A stretch of 64,000 bases of DNA, from contig OY762007.1 of NCBI GenBank assembly GCA_963665115.1, forward strand, positions 7,008,001 through 7,072,000, read 5' to 3'. This DNA is from an uncultured Rivularia sp. (lineage in GTDB: Bacteria; Cyanobacteriota; Cyanobacteriia; Cyanobacteriales; Nostocaceae). Both the position numbers and the translations under genes were made by a program. The notes beneath the pieces are model-generated. The model worked only from the letters and a program-made list of their open reading frames with translations, did no database searches and was not told the origin of the DNA. Shown here one piece after another: positions 33,179 through 44,161 of this stretch. The first letter of the stretch is position 1. Each line of letters begins with the position of its first letter.

Positions 33179-33417
33179 GATTTTAGATTTTGGATTTTGG
33201 GTTGGAATATAAAGTTGTTCCGATCAATTTCTTAAAGTAGTGGGAGCCGAACAGCTCCCTGGTAGTAAGTCAAAAAATTGCTTTTTGGTAGTAACTTTTC
33301 TTTTAGTGCTATCCCTAGCGACAAAAATGGTCGCACTACTAATCAAAATTCAAAATCTAAAATTCAACATTTTTACCTACAATCTAAAATCCAAAATCCA
33401 AAATCCAAAATTGTCCT

Positions 33418-33694
33418 ATGGGGTCGTTCTCTTAAAAAAGGTCCTTTTATTGCGGACCATTTACTGAAAAAAATCGACAAGCTCAACGAAACTAATAAAA
33501 AAGAAGTTATTAAAACTTGGTCGAGAGCTTCCACTATTTTGCCTATGATGGTTGGTCATACCATCGCGGTTCATAACGGCAAACAACACGTTCCAGTTTT
33601 TATCAGCGACCAAATGGTAGGTCATAAATTAGGAGAATTCGCTCCTACTCGGACTTATAGAGGTCACTCTAGAGATAGAAAAGGAGGAAGATAA
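33418..33694 (+). CDS. rpsS: 30S ribosomal protein S19, apparent extra G just after the ATG
   Basis: ATGGGGTCGT should read ATG GGT CGT ([10 protein letters not shown]); KTWSRASTI and [11 protein letters not shown]. Confidence 0.93.
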
Positions 33695-33747
33695 CCTATA
33701 TTTGCTAATAGCTAATTGATGCAATTAGTAACTGAGGGAAAATTATT

Positions 33748-34107
33748 ATGGCTACTGATACTAAAGAAGTAAAAGCAATTGCTAGATATATACGGATGTC
33801 GCCCTATAAAGTACGCCGAGTACTTGACCAAATTCGGGGACGTTCCTATCGAGAAGCATTGATAATTTTAGAATTTATGCCTTATAGAGCCTGCGAACCC
33901 GTATTAAAGGTTCTTAGAAGTGCTGCTGCGAATGCCGAACATAATGAGGGAATAGATCGAGCTTCTTTAATAGTTTCGACCGCATTTGCAGATCAAGGCC
34001 CAGTATTCAAACGTTATCAGCCTAGAGCGCAGGGTCGTGCTTATCAAATTCGCAAACCCACGTGTCATATAACCGTTGCAGTGGCTGCAGATCCAGCAGC
34101 GGAGTAA
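33748..34107 (+). CDS. rplV: 50S ribosomal protein L22
   Basis: [10 protein letters not shown] and [16 protein letters not shown]. Confidence 0.98.
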   Translation: MATDTKEVKAIARYIRMSPYKVRRVLDQIRGRSYREALIILEFMPYRACEPVLKVLRSAAANAEHNEGIDRASLIVSTAFADQGPVFKRYQPRAQGRAYQIRKPTCHITVAVAADPAAE

Positions 34108-34174
34108 GCACTCAGAAGTTATAAGCAAAAGTGATTAAAGATAGAGTGCTAATAAATTTTAGAGGAGATCGTAA

Positions 34175-34930
34175 GTGGGACAAAAGATAAATCCAATCGG
34201 ATTTCGCCTTGGAATTACAAAAGAACATCAATCTCGTTGGTTTGCAGACCCTTCTCGATATCCAGAATTACTTCAAGAAGACCACAAACTTCGCCAGTAT
34301 ATAGAGAGTAAGTTGGGTAGAAACGCTCAAAATAATGCCGGTATTTCCGAAGTAAAAATTGAGCGCAAAGCCGACCAGATTGATTTAGAAGTACGTACCG
34401 CTAGACCAGGTGTGGTCGTAGGTAGAGGCGGACAAGGTATCGAAGCATTACGTGCGGGACTACAAAAAGAATTAGGCGGTAATCGTCAAATTCGGATCAA
34501 TGTAGTTGAAGTACAGCGCGTTGATGCTGATGCTTTTTTGATTGGCGAATATATTGCCCAACAGCTTGAACGACGGGTTTCTTTCCGAAGAGTAGTGCGT
34601 CAAGCTATTCAAAGAGCGCAACGTGCTGGCGTACAAGGAATCAAAATTCAAGTTAGCGGACGCTTAAACGGTGCGGAAATTGCCCGTACAGAATGGACTC
34701 GTGAAGGTAGAGTTCCATTACATACTTTAAGAGCTAACATCGATTACGCTTACGTCACTGCCAAAACCATTTACGGTATTCTTGGCATTAAAGTTTGGGT
34801 ATTCAAAGGAGAAATTATTCCTGGAGAAGAAGAAACACCAACTTCTAATCCTAGAAACGAACGCGAACCTCGTCGTCGGCAAAATAATCGCCGTCGTCCT
34901 TCTTTTGAAGACCGTTCAAACGAAAATTAG
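34175..34930 (+). CDS. rpsC: 30S ribosomal protein S3
   Basis: [24 protein letters not shown] and [10 protein letters not shown]. Confidence 0.98.
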   Translation: MGQKINPIGFRLGITKEHQSRWFADPSRYPELLQEDHKLRQYIESKLGRNAQNNAGISEVKIERKADQIDLEVRTARPGVVVGRGGQGIEALRAGLQKELGGNRQIRINVVEVQRVDADAFLIGEYIAQQLERRVSFRRVVRQAIQRAQRAGVQGIKIQVSGRLNGAEIARTEWTREGRVPLHTLRANIDYAYVTAKTIYGILGIKVWVFKGEIIPGEEETPTSNPRNEREPRRRQNNRRRPSFEDRSNEN

Positions 34931-35005
34931 TATTTAGTTATTAGTTATTAGTTATATCTACTAACAACTAACAACTAACAACTATCCATTAACAACTAAT
35001 TAGTC

Positions 35006-35428
35006 ATGTTAAGTCCTAAAAGAACTAAATTCCGCAAACAACATCGCGGACGGATGAGAGGATTAGCAACACGAGGTTGTAATATTAACTTCGGTGATTT
35101 TGCTCTCCAAGCTCAAGAACCTTCTTGGATAACCTCACGTCAAATTGAGGCTTCCCGACGAGCAATGACTCGTTACATTCGTAGGGGCGGAAAAATCTGG
35201 ATTAGAGTATTTCCTGACAAGCCCGTAACAATGCGTCCCGCAGAAACTCGAATGGGTTCTGGTAAAGGTAATCCAGAATATTGGGTAGCCGTTGTTAAGC
35301 CAGGAAGGATCATGTTTGAAATTGCTGGTGTAACAGAAGAAATTGCTCGCGAAGCGATGCGTTTGGCTTCACACAAGCTACCAATTAAAACTAAGTTTAT
35401 TGCCCGTGAAGATCAGGAGTCTTCTTGA
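35006..35428 (+). CDS. rplP: 50S ribosomal protein L16
   Basis: [15 protein letters not shown] and RMGSGKG. Confidence 0.98.
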   Translation: MLSPKRTKFRKQHRGRMRGLATRGCNINFGDFALQAQEPSWITSRQIEASRRAMTRYIRRGGKIWIRVFPDKPVTMRPAETRMGSGKGNPEYWVAVVKPGRIMFEIAGVTEEIAREAMRLASHKLPIKTKFIAREDQESS

Positions 35429-35434
35429 TAAATT

Positions 35435-35665
35435 ATGCCTTTCCCTAAGATTTCAGAAGCAAGAGACTTGAGCGACGAACAGATAGTGCAAGAAATTAAT
35501 GCTACTAAAAAGCAATTATTTGATTTGCGCTTGCAACAAGCAACTCGGCAACTTGAGAAACCCGCACAGTTTAAACACTTACGTCACCGCTTAGCTCAAT
35601 TAATGACGGTAGAAGGAGAACGTAAACGCGCTGCAACTTCTCAAGACTCGCCCGTAGATAATTAG
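35435..35665 (+). CDS. rpmC: 50S ribosomal protein L29
   Basis: KKQLFDLRLQQATRQLEKP; operon order. Confidence 0.95.
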   Translation: MPFPKISEARDLSDEQIVQEINATKKQLFDLRLQQATRQLEKPAQFKHLRHRLAQLMTVEGERKRAATSQDSPVDN

Positions 35666-35716
35666 TTAATAATTATTTTTAGCTCGTCACTCATAACAAC
35701 ATGAAAATAGTAAATT

Positions 35717-35965
35717 ATGGCTATTAAAGAAAGAGTTGGCTTAGTGGTTAGCGACAAAATGCAAAAAACAGTAGTAGTCGCTGTCGAAAACCGTGATAGT
35801 CATAAAAAATACGGCAAAATTGTAGTTACAACCAGACGCTACAAAGCCCACGACGAAGAAAACAACTGCAAAGAAGGCGATCGCGTTCGCATTCAGGAAA
35901 CTAGACCCCTGAGTAAGACTAAGCGCTGGCAGGTTAAGGAAGTCCTCAGTAGTAGGAATAACTAG
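35717..35965 (+). CDS. rpsQ: 30S ribosomal protein S17
   Basis: [14 protein letters not shown] and [11 protein letters not shown]. Confidence 0.98.
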   Translation: MAIKERVGLVVSDKMQKTVVVAVENRDSHKKYGKIVVTTRRYKAHDEENNCKEGDRVRIQETRPLSKTKRWQVKEVLSSRNN

Positions 35966-36013
35966 TAATTAGCGGTTGTTACATAGTTAGCAACTTTATA
36001 ACGGAGAAAAATC

Positions 36014-36382
36014 GTGATACAAGCCCAGTCTTACCTTAATGTTGCAGATAATAGCGGTGCCCGTAAATTAATGTGCATCCGCGTTCTGGGTGCCGGAAAC
36101 CGTAGCTATGGCAGCATTGGCGATAGGATTATCGCTGTAGTTAAAGATGCCCAACCCAACATGGCTATCAAAAAGTCTGATGTGGTTCAGGCTGTAATCG
36201 TCCGTACTAGAAAAGGCGTAAATCGTGACAGTGGCATGACTATCCGCTTTGATGACAATGCCGCAGTCATAATCAACCCAGATGGAAATCCCAGAGGAAC
36301 GCGGGTATTTGGTCCCGTAGCACGTGAATTACGCGAAAAAAACTTCACTAAAATAGTTTCTCTGGCACCGGAGGTACTGTAA
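36014..36382 (+). CDS. rplN: 50S ribosomal protein L14
   Basis: [16 protein letters not shown] and [10 protein letters not shown]. Confidence 0.98.
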   Translation: MIQAQSYLNVADNSGARKLMCIRVLGAGNRSYGSIGDRIIAVVKDAQPNMAIKKSDVVQAVIVRTRKGVNRDSGMTIRFDDNAAVIINPDGNPRGTRVFGPVARELREKNFTKIVSLAPEVL

Positions 36383-36735
36383 TGGCAGTTAAGAAAAAAA
36401 CAAAGCCTCAATTTCATAAAATGCACGTCAAAACTGGAGATACCGTACAGGTAGTTTCTGGTAAAGACAAAGGCAAAGTTGGTGAAATTGTTCAAGCAAT
36501 TCCTAAAGATAGTAAAGTTATTGTCAAGGGTGTAAACGTAAAAACTAAGCACGTTAAGCCACAGCAAGAAGGTGAATCTGGGAGAATTGTTACTCAAGAA
36601 TTTCCCATTCACAGTTCTAACGTGATGCTTTATTCCACCAAGGAAAACGTAGTTTCTCGCGTATGTTACACCTTTACCCAAGAGGGTAAGAAAGTCCGTA
36701 TGTTAAAGAAAACTGGGGAAATCTTGGACAAATAG
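36382..36735 (+). CDS. rplX: 50S ribosomal protein L24
   Basis: [16 protein letters not shown] and PIHSSNVM. Confidence 0.98.
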   Translation: MAVKKKTKPQFHKMHVKTGDTVQVVSGKDKGKVGEIVQAIPKDSKVIVKGVNVKTKHVKPQQEGESGRIVTQEFPIHSSNVMLYSTKENVVSRVCYTFTQEGKKVRMLKKTGEILDK

Positions 36736-36864
36736 TTAAGAGTTAGGAATTAATAGTTAGAAGTTGTAACGATGTAGTATGACTTTGACCTTTAACCCTT
36801 TACCTTTGAACTTCCCTTTAACAATTTTATTCCCTGACCAAGCCCAGGGTAATGGAGAAAAAAA

Positions 36865-37410
36865 ATGGCAGTAGGATTAAAAAGTAAATATCTTGAAACT
36901 ATTGTCCCCAATCTGATGAAACAATTTGAATATTCAAATATTCATCAGGTTCCGAAGGTTATAAAAGTATCTGTTAACCGAGGATTAGGGGAAGCTTCTC
37001 AAAACGCTAAAGCATTAGAAGCATCTTTAAGTGAAATTGCGCTGATTACTGGTCAAAAGCCAGTAGTTACCAGAGCGAAAAAGGCGATCGCTGGATTCAA
37101 AATTCGTGAAGGTATGCCAGTAGGAGTGATGGTCACTCTTAGAAGCGGTAAGATGTACAACTTTCTTGACCGTTTGATTAACTTGTCATTGCCCAGGATT
37201 CGCGACTTTCGCGGTATTAGTCCAAAAAGCTTTGATGGTCGTGGAAATTATACTTTGGGAGTTAGAGAACAACTAATTTTTCCAGAGGTAGAATACGACA
37301 AGATTGACCAGATTCGTGGAATGGATATTTCCATCATTACTACAGCAAAGAATGACGAAGAAGGTCGCGCTTTACTAAAAGAAATGGGAATGCCCTTCCG
37401 GGAGCAATAA
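36865..37410 (+). CDS. rplE: 50S ribosomal protein L5
   Basis: [22 protein letters not shown] and FDGRGNY. Confidence 0.98.
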   Translation: MAVGLKSKYLETIVPNLMKQFEYSNIHQVPKVIKVSVNRGLGEASQNAKALEASLSEIALITGQKPVVTRAKKAIAGFKIREGMPVGVMVTLRSGKMYNFLDRLINLSLPRIRDFRGISPKSFDGRGNYTLGVREQLIFPEVEYDKIDQIRGMDISIITTAKNDEEGRALLKEMGMPFREQ

Positions 37411-37431
37411 GTTAATTTAATAGAGGAAAAG

Positions 37432-37833
37432 ATGGCGGCAAACGACACAATTGCAGATATGCTGACGCGCATCCGCAACGCCAATATGGCTCGGCATCAA
37501 GTAACACATGTGCCAGCGACCAAAATGACTCAAAATATAGCTAAAGTACTTCGGGAAGAAGGCTTTATCACCGATTTTGAGACAGAAGGAGAAGGTTTTC
37601 GCAGCCAATTGGTAATTTCTTTAAAATACAAAGGGAAAAATCGTCAACCAATTATTACTACTCTCAAGAGAGTAAGCAGACCTGGTTTGCGGGTTTATTC
37701 CAACAAGAAAGATTTACCAAGAGTATTAGGTGGCATTGGCATAGCCATCATATCTACATCTTCGGGCATCATGACCGACCGTCAAGCACGCCAACAAAAT
37801 GTAGGCGGCGAAGTACTTTGCTACGTTTGGTAA
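37432..37833 (+). CDS. rpsH: 30S ribosomal protein S8
   Basis: [21 protein letters not shown] and GGEVLCYVW. Confidence 0.98.
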   Translation: MAANDTIADMLTRIRNANMARHQVTHVPATKMTQNIAKVLREEGFITDFETEGEGFRSQLVISLKYKGKNRQPIITTLKRVSRPGLRVYSNKKDLPRVLGGIGIAIISTSSGIMTDRQARQQNVGGEVLCYVW

Positions 37834-37854
37834 TTGTGATAGGAATAAACAGCC

Positions 37855-38406
37855 ATGTCTAGAATTGGTAAGCAGCCAATAACAGTACCTGCCAAGGTAC
37901 AAATAAAAATTGATGGAGCCTCGATATCTGTCAAAGGCCCTAAAGGCGAACTTTCCCGCGAACTTCCTTCTCAGGTCAACGTGGCTCAAGAAGGCGATAC
38001 TTTAACGGTATCGCGTCAAGATGATTCCAGAGTATGCCGCCAAATGCACGGCTTAAGCCGTAGTTTGGTTTCCAATATGGTTGAAGGTGTTTCTCAAGGA
38101 TTCGTGCGTAAGTTACAACTCCAAGGGGTTGGTTATCGAGCTTCTGTTAAGGGAAAAGATTTAGTCTTGAGCGTTGGATACAGCCATCCCGTGGAAATTA
38201 CTCCACCTTCGGGAGTTCAATTTGCAATTGAAGACAAAGGCTTGACTATTGTTGTCAGCGGTTATGACAAAGAAGTAGTTGGCAATACAACAGCGACAAT
38301 CCGTGCCGTTCGCCCACCCGAGCCTTACAAAGGTAAAGGTGTTCGTTACGAGAACGAAGTTGTTAGACGCAAGGCTGGTAAAGCTGGTAAAGGTGGTAAG
38401 AAGTAA
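37855..38406 (+). CDS. rplF: 50S ribosomal protein L6
   Basis: MSRIGKQPI and RPPEPYKGKGVRY. Confidence 0.98.
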   Translation: MSRIGKQPITVPAKVQIKIDGASISVKGPKGELSRELPSQVNVAQEGDTLTVSRQDDSRVCRQMHGLSRSLVSNMVEGVSQGFVRKLQLQGVGYRASVKGKDLVLSVGYSHPVEITPPSGVQFAIEDKGLTIVVSGYDKEVVGNTTATIRAVRPPEPYKGKGVRYENEVVRRKAGKAGKGGKK

Positions 38407-38415
38407 ATAGGCATC

Positions 38416-38778
38416 ATGAAACTGACCCGCACACAATCGAAACAGCGTCGTCATCGACGCATCAGAGGCAAAGTCCAAGGCTCTTCCGAACGTCCTCGTT
38501 TGGCAGTATATCGCTCTAACGAGCATATTTACGCCCAAGTAATAGATGATACTAGCCATCGGACTTTAGCTACAGCATCAAGTATAGAACCAGAATTAAA
38601 ATCCAAATTAGGCTCCGGTTCCAATCAGCAAGCTTCCACCGAAGTTGGTAAGGTTTTAGCTGCGCGAGCGATCGAGAAAGGTATAAACCAAGTAGTTTTT
38701 GACCGTGGAGGCAACCTTTATCACGGTCGTGTTAAAGCTTTAGCCGATGCTGCTAGGAATGGTGGTTTAAGTTTTTAG
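38416..38778 (+). CDS. rplR: 50S ribosomal protein L18
   Basis: [20 protein letters not shown] and [14 protein letters not shown]. Confidence 0.98.
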   Translation: MKLTRTQSKQRRHRRIRGKVQGSSERPRLAVYRSNEHIYAQVIDDTSHRTLATASSIEPELKSKLGSGSNQQASTEVGKVLAARAIEKGINQVVFDRGGNLYHGRVKALADAARNGGLSF

Positions 38779-38898
38779 ATCGCGGTTTCTAAGTTTATCG
38801 GTAATCAAAGTTAGTAGTAAGTAATAGCTAAGTAATAACTGAGTAAACTATTTATCGCTAATTGCAAACCGATAAGTAAATTCATAGAGAAATTTAAG

Positions 38899-39426
38899 AT
38901 GGCAAACAATCGTCGTAAAACGAGCCGAGCGAAAAAAGAAGAAACCAACTGGCAGGAACGGGTAATTCAAATTCGACGGGTAAGCAAGGTTGTCAAAGGT
39001 GGTAAAAAGCTCAGCTTCCGGGCAATCGTAGTCGTCGGTAACGAACGCGGTCAAGTTGGTGTAGGCGTAGGCAAAGCTAGTGATGTGATCGGAGCCGTTA
39101 AAAAAGGCGTAGCCGATGGTAAGAAACATTTGGTAGATGTTCCGATTACCAAATCTAATTCTATTCCTCATCCTACAGACGGTATTGGTGGCGGAGCTAA
39201 AGTCATCATGCGACCAGCAGCACCAGGTACTGGTGTAATTGCCGGTGGTGCAGTACGTACCGTACTGGAATTGGCAGGAGTTCGTAACATCTTGGCCAAG
39301 CAACTCGGCTCTAACAATCCTCTTAACAATGCAAGGGCTGCAATGAATGCTCTTTCTGTATTGCGTAACTTTAAAGAAGTTGCTGAGGACAGAGATGTCA
39401 GTATTGAAAAGCTCTACGCACAGTAA
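38899..39426 (+). CDS. rpsE: 30S ribosomal protein S5
   Basis: [11 protein letters not shown] and [12 protein letters not shown]. Confidence 0.98.
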   Translation: MANNRRKTSRAKKEETNWQERVIQIRRVSKVVKGGKKLSFRAIVVVGNERGQVGVGVGKASDVIGAVKKGVADGKKHLVDVPITKSNSIPHPTDGIGGGAKVIMRPAAPGTGVIAGGAVRTVLELAGVRNILAKQLGSNNPLNNARAAMNALSVLRNFKEVAEDRDVSIEKLYAQ

Positions 39427-39475
39427 GAGTTGTATTTATGATTAATCGTGTAAATTAATACAAAGATAAATAACT

Positions 39476-39919
39476 ATGAGACTACACGATGCTCGCCCTC
39501 AGAAGGGTTCCAAAAATCGCGGTCGCCGTGTTGGACGCGGTATTGCAGCCGGCCAGGGCGCTAGCTGCGGTTTTGGTATGCGGGGTCAAAAATCTCGTTC
39601 TGGTAGCGGAACTAGACCTGGTTTTGAAGGTGGTCAACAGCCCCTTTATCGTCGGGTACCTAAACTTAAAGGTTTTCCGCTTATTAATCGTAAAAAATAC
39701 ACTACGATTAATGTAGAGAAGCTATCTTCACTCCCAGCAAACACAGAAGTTAATGTGGCCTTATTACAAGAGAATGGTATTCTCACTGCCGTACAAGGAC
39801 CATTAAAAATTCTAGGAGATGGAGAATTGAACGTTTCTCTCAAAGTACAAGCCGCTGCTTTTACGGGTACGGCTCGTAGCAAAATTGAGGCGGCTGGCGG
39901 TAGTTGTGAAGTTGTTTAA
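39476..39919 (+). CDS. rplO: 50S ribosomal protein L15
   Basis: [11 protein letters not shown] and [15 protein letters not shown]. Confidence 0.98.
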   Translation: MRLHDARPQKGSKNRGRRVGRGIAAGQGASCGFGMRGQKSRSGSGTRPGFEGGQQPLYRRVPKLKGFPLINRKKYTTINVEKLSSLPANTEVNVALLQENGILTAVQGPLKILGDGELNVSLKVQAAAFTGTARSKIEAAGGSCEVV

Positions 39920-39994
39920 ATGATTGAGTAGAAAGCAGCATGAAGCACTTCCGATATCCAGCGCCTGGTTAACATTCATCGGTAAACCGTCATT

Positions 39995-41308
39995 ATGATA
40001 AGTCGAGATAAGGCACCATCCGCTCAAGAAACTTTTATGCAGATGGCACAAGCAGCCGGTTTGAGAGGTCGGCTGTTTGTCACCATCGGTATTTTACTTT
40101 TGATTCGTTTGGGTATTTATATACCTATTCCAGGAATAGATCGGGTAGCTTTTAGTGCTGCGATGTCTCAAGGCAATGGTTTAGCGGGTATTTTAGATAT
40201 CTTTTCTGGTGGTGGATTTTCAGCTTTAGGAGTCTTCACTTTAGGTATTTTACCCTTTATCAATGCCTCAATTATTATTCAATTACTCACTGCTGCGATT
40301 CCAAGTTTAGAGAAACTACAGAAGGACGAAGGTGAAGCTGGAAGGCGAAAAATCTCTCAAATTACACGATACGTGGCTTTGGGTTGGTCAGTCGTTCAGA
40401 GCATATTCATCTCCAGTGTTTGGCTGAAAAGCTTTGCGCTTAACTTTGGTCCAATTTTTGTATTTGAAACGACCTTGGCGCTTGTCGCTGGTTCTATGTT
40501 TGTGATGTGGGCATCGGAAGTGATTACAGAGCGAGGAATTGGTAATGGAGCTTCATTACTTATTTTCCTTAACATTGTCTCTTCGCTTCCTACAACCTTG
40601 GGAAATGCTTTTACATCTGCTCAAGTTGGAGGTCGTGAAGAAGCAGGTAAAGTAATTATTTTACTTGTACTGTTCTTAGCGACAATTGTTGGGATCGTTT
40701 TTGTTCAAGAAGGGATGCGCCGTATCCCAATCATTTCGGCTAGACGGCAAGTAGGTAGAAGAGTTCTTGCCGAACAGCGTAGCTTCCTACCCCTGCGACT
40801 AAATCAGGGCGGAGTAATGCCGATCATTTTTGCCACTGCTATCTTAAGTTTGCCTTCTTTAATTGGCAACTTTACCAAAAACCCGCAAATATCTAACTTT
40901 GTAAGCACTTATTTAAGTCCGGGTGGTAATCAATGGTGGGCTTACGCACTAATATACCTGTTTTCAATTGTCTTCTTTAGCTACTTCTATTCTTCTTTGA
41001 TTGTTAACCCAGTTGATATCGCACAGAATTTGAAGAAAATGGGTTCTTCAATTCCGGGAATTCGTCCTGGTAAAGCAACAAGCGAATATTTAGAAAGGAC
41101 AATCAATCGACTCACCTTTTTAGGTGCTGGCTTTTTAGGATTGGTTGCGATTATTCCTACCGTTGTAGAGAGAGCATTGGATACAGGAGTCTTTAGAGGC
41201 TTTGGTGCTACATCTTTACTGATTTTAGTTGGTGTCGCTATTGACACGGCCAAGCAAGTACAGACTTACGTTATCTCTCAACGTTACGAAGGAATGGTAA
41301 AACAATAG
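39995..41308 (+). CDS. secY: preprotein translocase subunit SecY
   Basis: LGILPFINASII, GIGNGASLLIF, GVMPIIFA, IPGIRPG and TSLLILVGV. Confidence 0.98.
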   Translation: MISRDKAPSAQETFMQMAQAAGLRGRLFVTIGILLLIRLGIYIPIPGIDRVAFSAAMSQGNGLAGILDIFSGGGFSALGVFTLGILPFINASIIIQLLTAAIPSLEKLQKDEGEAGRRKISQITRYVALGWSVVQSIFISSVWLKSFALNFGPIFVFETTLALVAGSMFVMWASEVITERGIGNGASLLIFLNIVSSLPTTLGNAFTSAQVGGREEAGKVIILLVLFLATIVGIVFVQEGMRRIPIISARRQVGRRVLAEQRSFLPLRLNQGGVMPIIFATAILSLPSLIGNFTKNPQISNFVSTYLSPGGNQWWAYALIYLFSIVFFSYFYSSLIVNPVDIAQNLKKMGSSIPGIRPGKATSEYLERTINRLTFLGAGFLGLVAIIPTVVERALDTGVFRGFGATSLLILVGVAIDTAKQVQTYVISQRYEGMVKQ

Positions 41309-41520
41309 CGATCGAAGCGATTTTAGATTTTGGGGATAGATGTTCTTCTCAAGAGCTTTCCAAGATAGATTTTGGATTTTAGATTAAATAAAATCTTGCC
41401 ACGGCTATGTCCGAACCGGAGATAATCTGAAATCTCCAAATCTTATAATCTTGATTTAAAATCTAAAATTTCTGCATCCGCAAGCCTTTTCTAGAAAGAA
41501 GAGACAAGCTACATAATCCC

Positions 41521-41562
41521 GGACAGTTGCCGAACTGGGAAATCTCCAAGACTGCACTGTCC
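41521..41562 (-). repeat. SDR-like stem-loop, copy 3 (diverged)
   Basis: GGACAGT...ACTGTCC terminal stem, 42 bp, inside the STRR-rich secY-adk spacer. Confidence 0.55.
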
Positions 41563-41586
41563 TGTAAATCTAAAATCTAAAATCGA

Positions 41587-42144
41587 ATGACGCGAATAAT
41601 TTTTTTAGGACCCCCTGGAGCAGGTAAAGGAACTCAAGCTCAAAGTTTAGCAGATCATTGGAAAGTTCCCCATATTTCTACTGGTGATATCCTCCGCTCT
41701 GCAATTCAAGAACAAACACCTTTGGGCGTGAAAGCTAAAAGCTTTGTGGATAAAGGTCATTTGGTTCCCTGCGAACTAGTGCAAGAGATGGTGGAAGAGC
41801 GGTTGCAAAAAGCGGATACCAGTTCTGGCTGGATTCTTGACGGTTTCCCTCGCACCGTGGAACAAGCTGCTTTTTTAGATAATTTGTTGGAAAAAACGAA
41901 TTTAGGTGGCGCGATGGTAATTAACCTAGATGTGCCAGATGATGTAGTAGTAGAGCGTTTATTAGAACGCGGACGGAGAGATGATACTGAAGAAGTTATT
42001 CGTCGTCGTTTGGAAGTTTACCGTTCCGAAACTACACCTCTAATTGATTATTATGGCGATCGCAAACTGCTAGTTGTCATAGATGGCGATCGTTCTCCCG
42101 ATTCTGTTGCTTCTCATCTCAAGGACTTAATTGTTAGTTGCTAG
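41587..42144 (+). CDS. adk: adenylate kinase (short type)
   Basis: GPPGAGKGTQA, HISTGDILR and WILDGFPRT. Confidence 0.98.
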   Translation: MTRIIFLGPPGAGKGTQAQSLADHWKVPHISTGDILRSAIQEQTPLGVKAKSFVDKGHLVPCELVQEMVEERLQKADTSSGWILDGFPRTVEQAAFLDNLLEKTNLGGAMVINLDVPDDVVVERLLERGRRDDTEEVIRRRLEVYRSETTPLIDYYGDRKLLVVIDGDRSPDSVASHLKDLIVSC

Positions 42145-42353
42145 AAGTAACGAGGGTTAGTAGGCAGGTTGAATAGTTTATTCGCATTGTCATTGTTTAA
42201 ATCCGTCTACTGACTCTTACCACCATCGTCTTAGTTCGGCAATAAAATTTTGAATAAGATATATTAATAAATTGTTGATATATTATTATCGTTTAAATTT
42301 GCAGAGTCGATAACTGCAACTAAAAAAGACTGTTAAGTTGAAGGAAAAACAAA

Positions 42354-42578
42354 TTGTCCAAACAAGATTTAATTGAGATGGAAGGCACGGTGACAGAATC
42401 GTTGCCTAATGCCATGTTCCGGGTTGATTTAGATAATGGCTTTAACGTTCTCGCTCACATTTCTGGAAAGATTCGCCGGAACTATATCAAAATTCTACCT
42501 GGCGATCGCGTGAAAGTCGAGTTAACCCCTTATGACCTAACAAAAGGTCGAATTACCTATCGATTGCGTAAGAAGTAA
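42354..42578 (+). CDS. infA: translation initiation factor IF-1
   Basis: TTG start; [16 protein letters not shown] and [12 protein letters not shown]. Confidence 0.97.
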
Positions 42579-42690
42579 GGCTATGTGGAATATTATACTA
42601 CAAACTAATAGTTTTTGCTTTACACGCAATTAACTGAATAATTACCGAATTTGTGTTATAATTTACTATTTGGAGTTTGATTTTAAGTCA

Positions 42691-42804
42691 ATGAAAGTAA
42701 GAGCCTCCGTAAAAAAAATGTGCGAAAAGTGCAGTGTGATTAAACGTCGCGGTCGCGTGATGGTTATCTGTCCAAATCCAAAGCACAAGCAAAGACAAGG
42801 ATAA
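42691..42804 (+). CDS. rpmJ: 50S ribosomal protein L36 (not in the ORF track)
   Basis: Manual translation: [41 protein letters not shown]. Confidence 0.97.
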   Translation: MKVRASVKKMCEKCSVIKRRGRVMVICPNPKHKQRQG

Positions 42805-42936
42805 TCCCTACATAAATAGCGTCAGCTAAACGCTATCGCTCTGCGATTTCGGATTTGTTTGAATAAGGCTGCATCCGAATATAAAGAGTGGCTATAGACG
42901 AATGTTGAATATTTAGGATATTAGGAGAATTCTATA

Positions 42937-43317
42937 ATGGCACGTATTGCCGGAGTAGACTTACCACGCGATAAACGTGTTGAAGTAGGTCTAACTTACA
43001 TTTTCGGAATCGGCTTAACAAGCGCGAAAAAGATATTAGCTAGTACGGGTGTGAATCCCGATACCAGAGTTAAAGAATTAAGCGATAGCGATGTTGCATC
43101 TTTACGAGCCGAGGTAGAGAAAAACTATCAGGTAGAAGGTGACTTAAGACGCTGGGAAGCAATGAATATCAAGCGCTTAGTTGATATTGGCACTTACCGA
43201 GGCCGCCGTCATCGCATGGGCTTACCAGTGAGAGGTCAAAGAACTCGTACTAATGCCAGAACTCGTCGAGGAAGAAGACAAACAGTAGCTGGTAAGAAGA
43301 AGGCACCAGGTAAGTAA
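42937..43317 (+). CDS. rpsM: 30S ribosomal protein S13
   Basis: [10 protein letters not shown] and [15 protein letters not shown]. Confidence 0.98.
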   Translation: MARIAGVDLPRDKRVEVGLTYIFGIGLTSAKKILASTGVNPDTRVKELSDSDVASLRAEVEKNYQVEGDLRRWEAMNIKRLVDIGTYRGRRHRMGLPVRGQRTRTNARTRRGRRQTVAGKKKAPGK

Positions 43318-43396
43318 AATCATTAGTTTGATGCCCCTTATTTTTACGCTTTGGAACGGATAATCGAAATACTTACCTTAACTCAACTATAACGAT

Positions 43397-43792
43397 ATGG
43401 CGCGACAATCAGGAAAAAAAGGCGGAAGCAGAAAACAGAAACGTAATGTACCCAATGGAATAGGCTATATCCAGTCTACTTTTAATAATAGTATCGTTAC
43501 GATTACCGACCCCAAGGGAGATGTAGTTTCTTGGGCTTCTGCTGGTTCAAGTGGTTTTAAAGGAGCGAAAAAAGGAACACCTTTCGCCGCTCAAACAGCA
43601 GCAGAAAGTGCGGCAAGGCGAGCGATGGATCAAGGGATGCGTCAGATAGAAGTAATGGTAAGCGGTCCGGGAGCGGGTAGAGAAACAGCTATTCGGGCAA
43701 TTCAGGGTGCTGGATTGGAAATAACTTTAATTAGAGATATTACCCCAATTCCTCACAACGGTTGCCGTCCACCAAAACGACGCAGAGTTTAG
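43397..43792 (+). CDS. rpsK: 30S ribosomal protein S11
   Basis: [19 protein letters not shown] and [18 protein letters not shown]. Confidence 0.98.
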   Translation: MARQSGKKGGSRKQKRNVPNGIGYIQSTFNNSIVTITDPKGDVVSWASAGSSGFKGAKKGTPFAAQTAAESAARRAMDQGMRQIEVMVSGPGAGRETAIRAIQGAGLEITLIRDITPIPHNGCRPPKRRRV

Positions 43793-44161
43793 ATATAGCG
43801 AAAAGTTTGAAAATATGGCTCTTGGCAATAAGTATGTATCTATATTGTGTTAGTTTCTTATCGCTCTAGAAACAGAAAACAATTAACATTACTCTTGCCT
43901 GGAATAAGCCGATTCCCCTCACTCAAGACAGTGGCCGTCCGTAGAAATTAAATAGCTTTTTTACTAATAGCTATTGTATTTCTTAATATTTACAAAAAAA
44001 TAAATCATATCCCGACAGCAGTAGAAATTATCGAAAAATTGAAAAATTGAAAAATCGATAATTTTCTTGAGCTTTGCGGGAATTTAGTTTCATGGAAAGG
44101 GTAGGCAATAATGTAGAATTGCCTGCCGCTATAGAACCTGATTCAGAAGGGAGGCTACTTC

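Noticed and set aside
33278..33694. S19 with a ~47-aa N-terminal extension, as in the ORF track
   Set aside because: The extension is translated STRR repeat ([10 protein letters not shown]) caused by the extra G after the true ATG at 33418.
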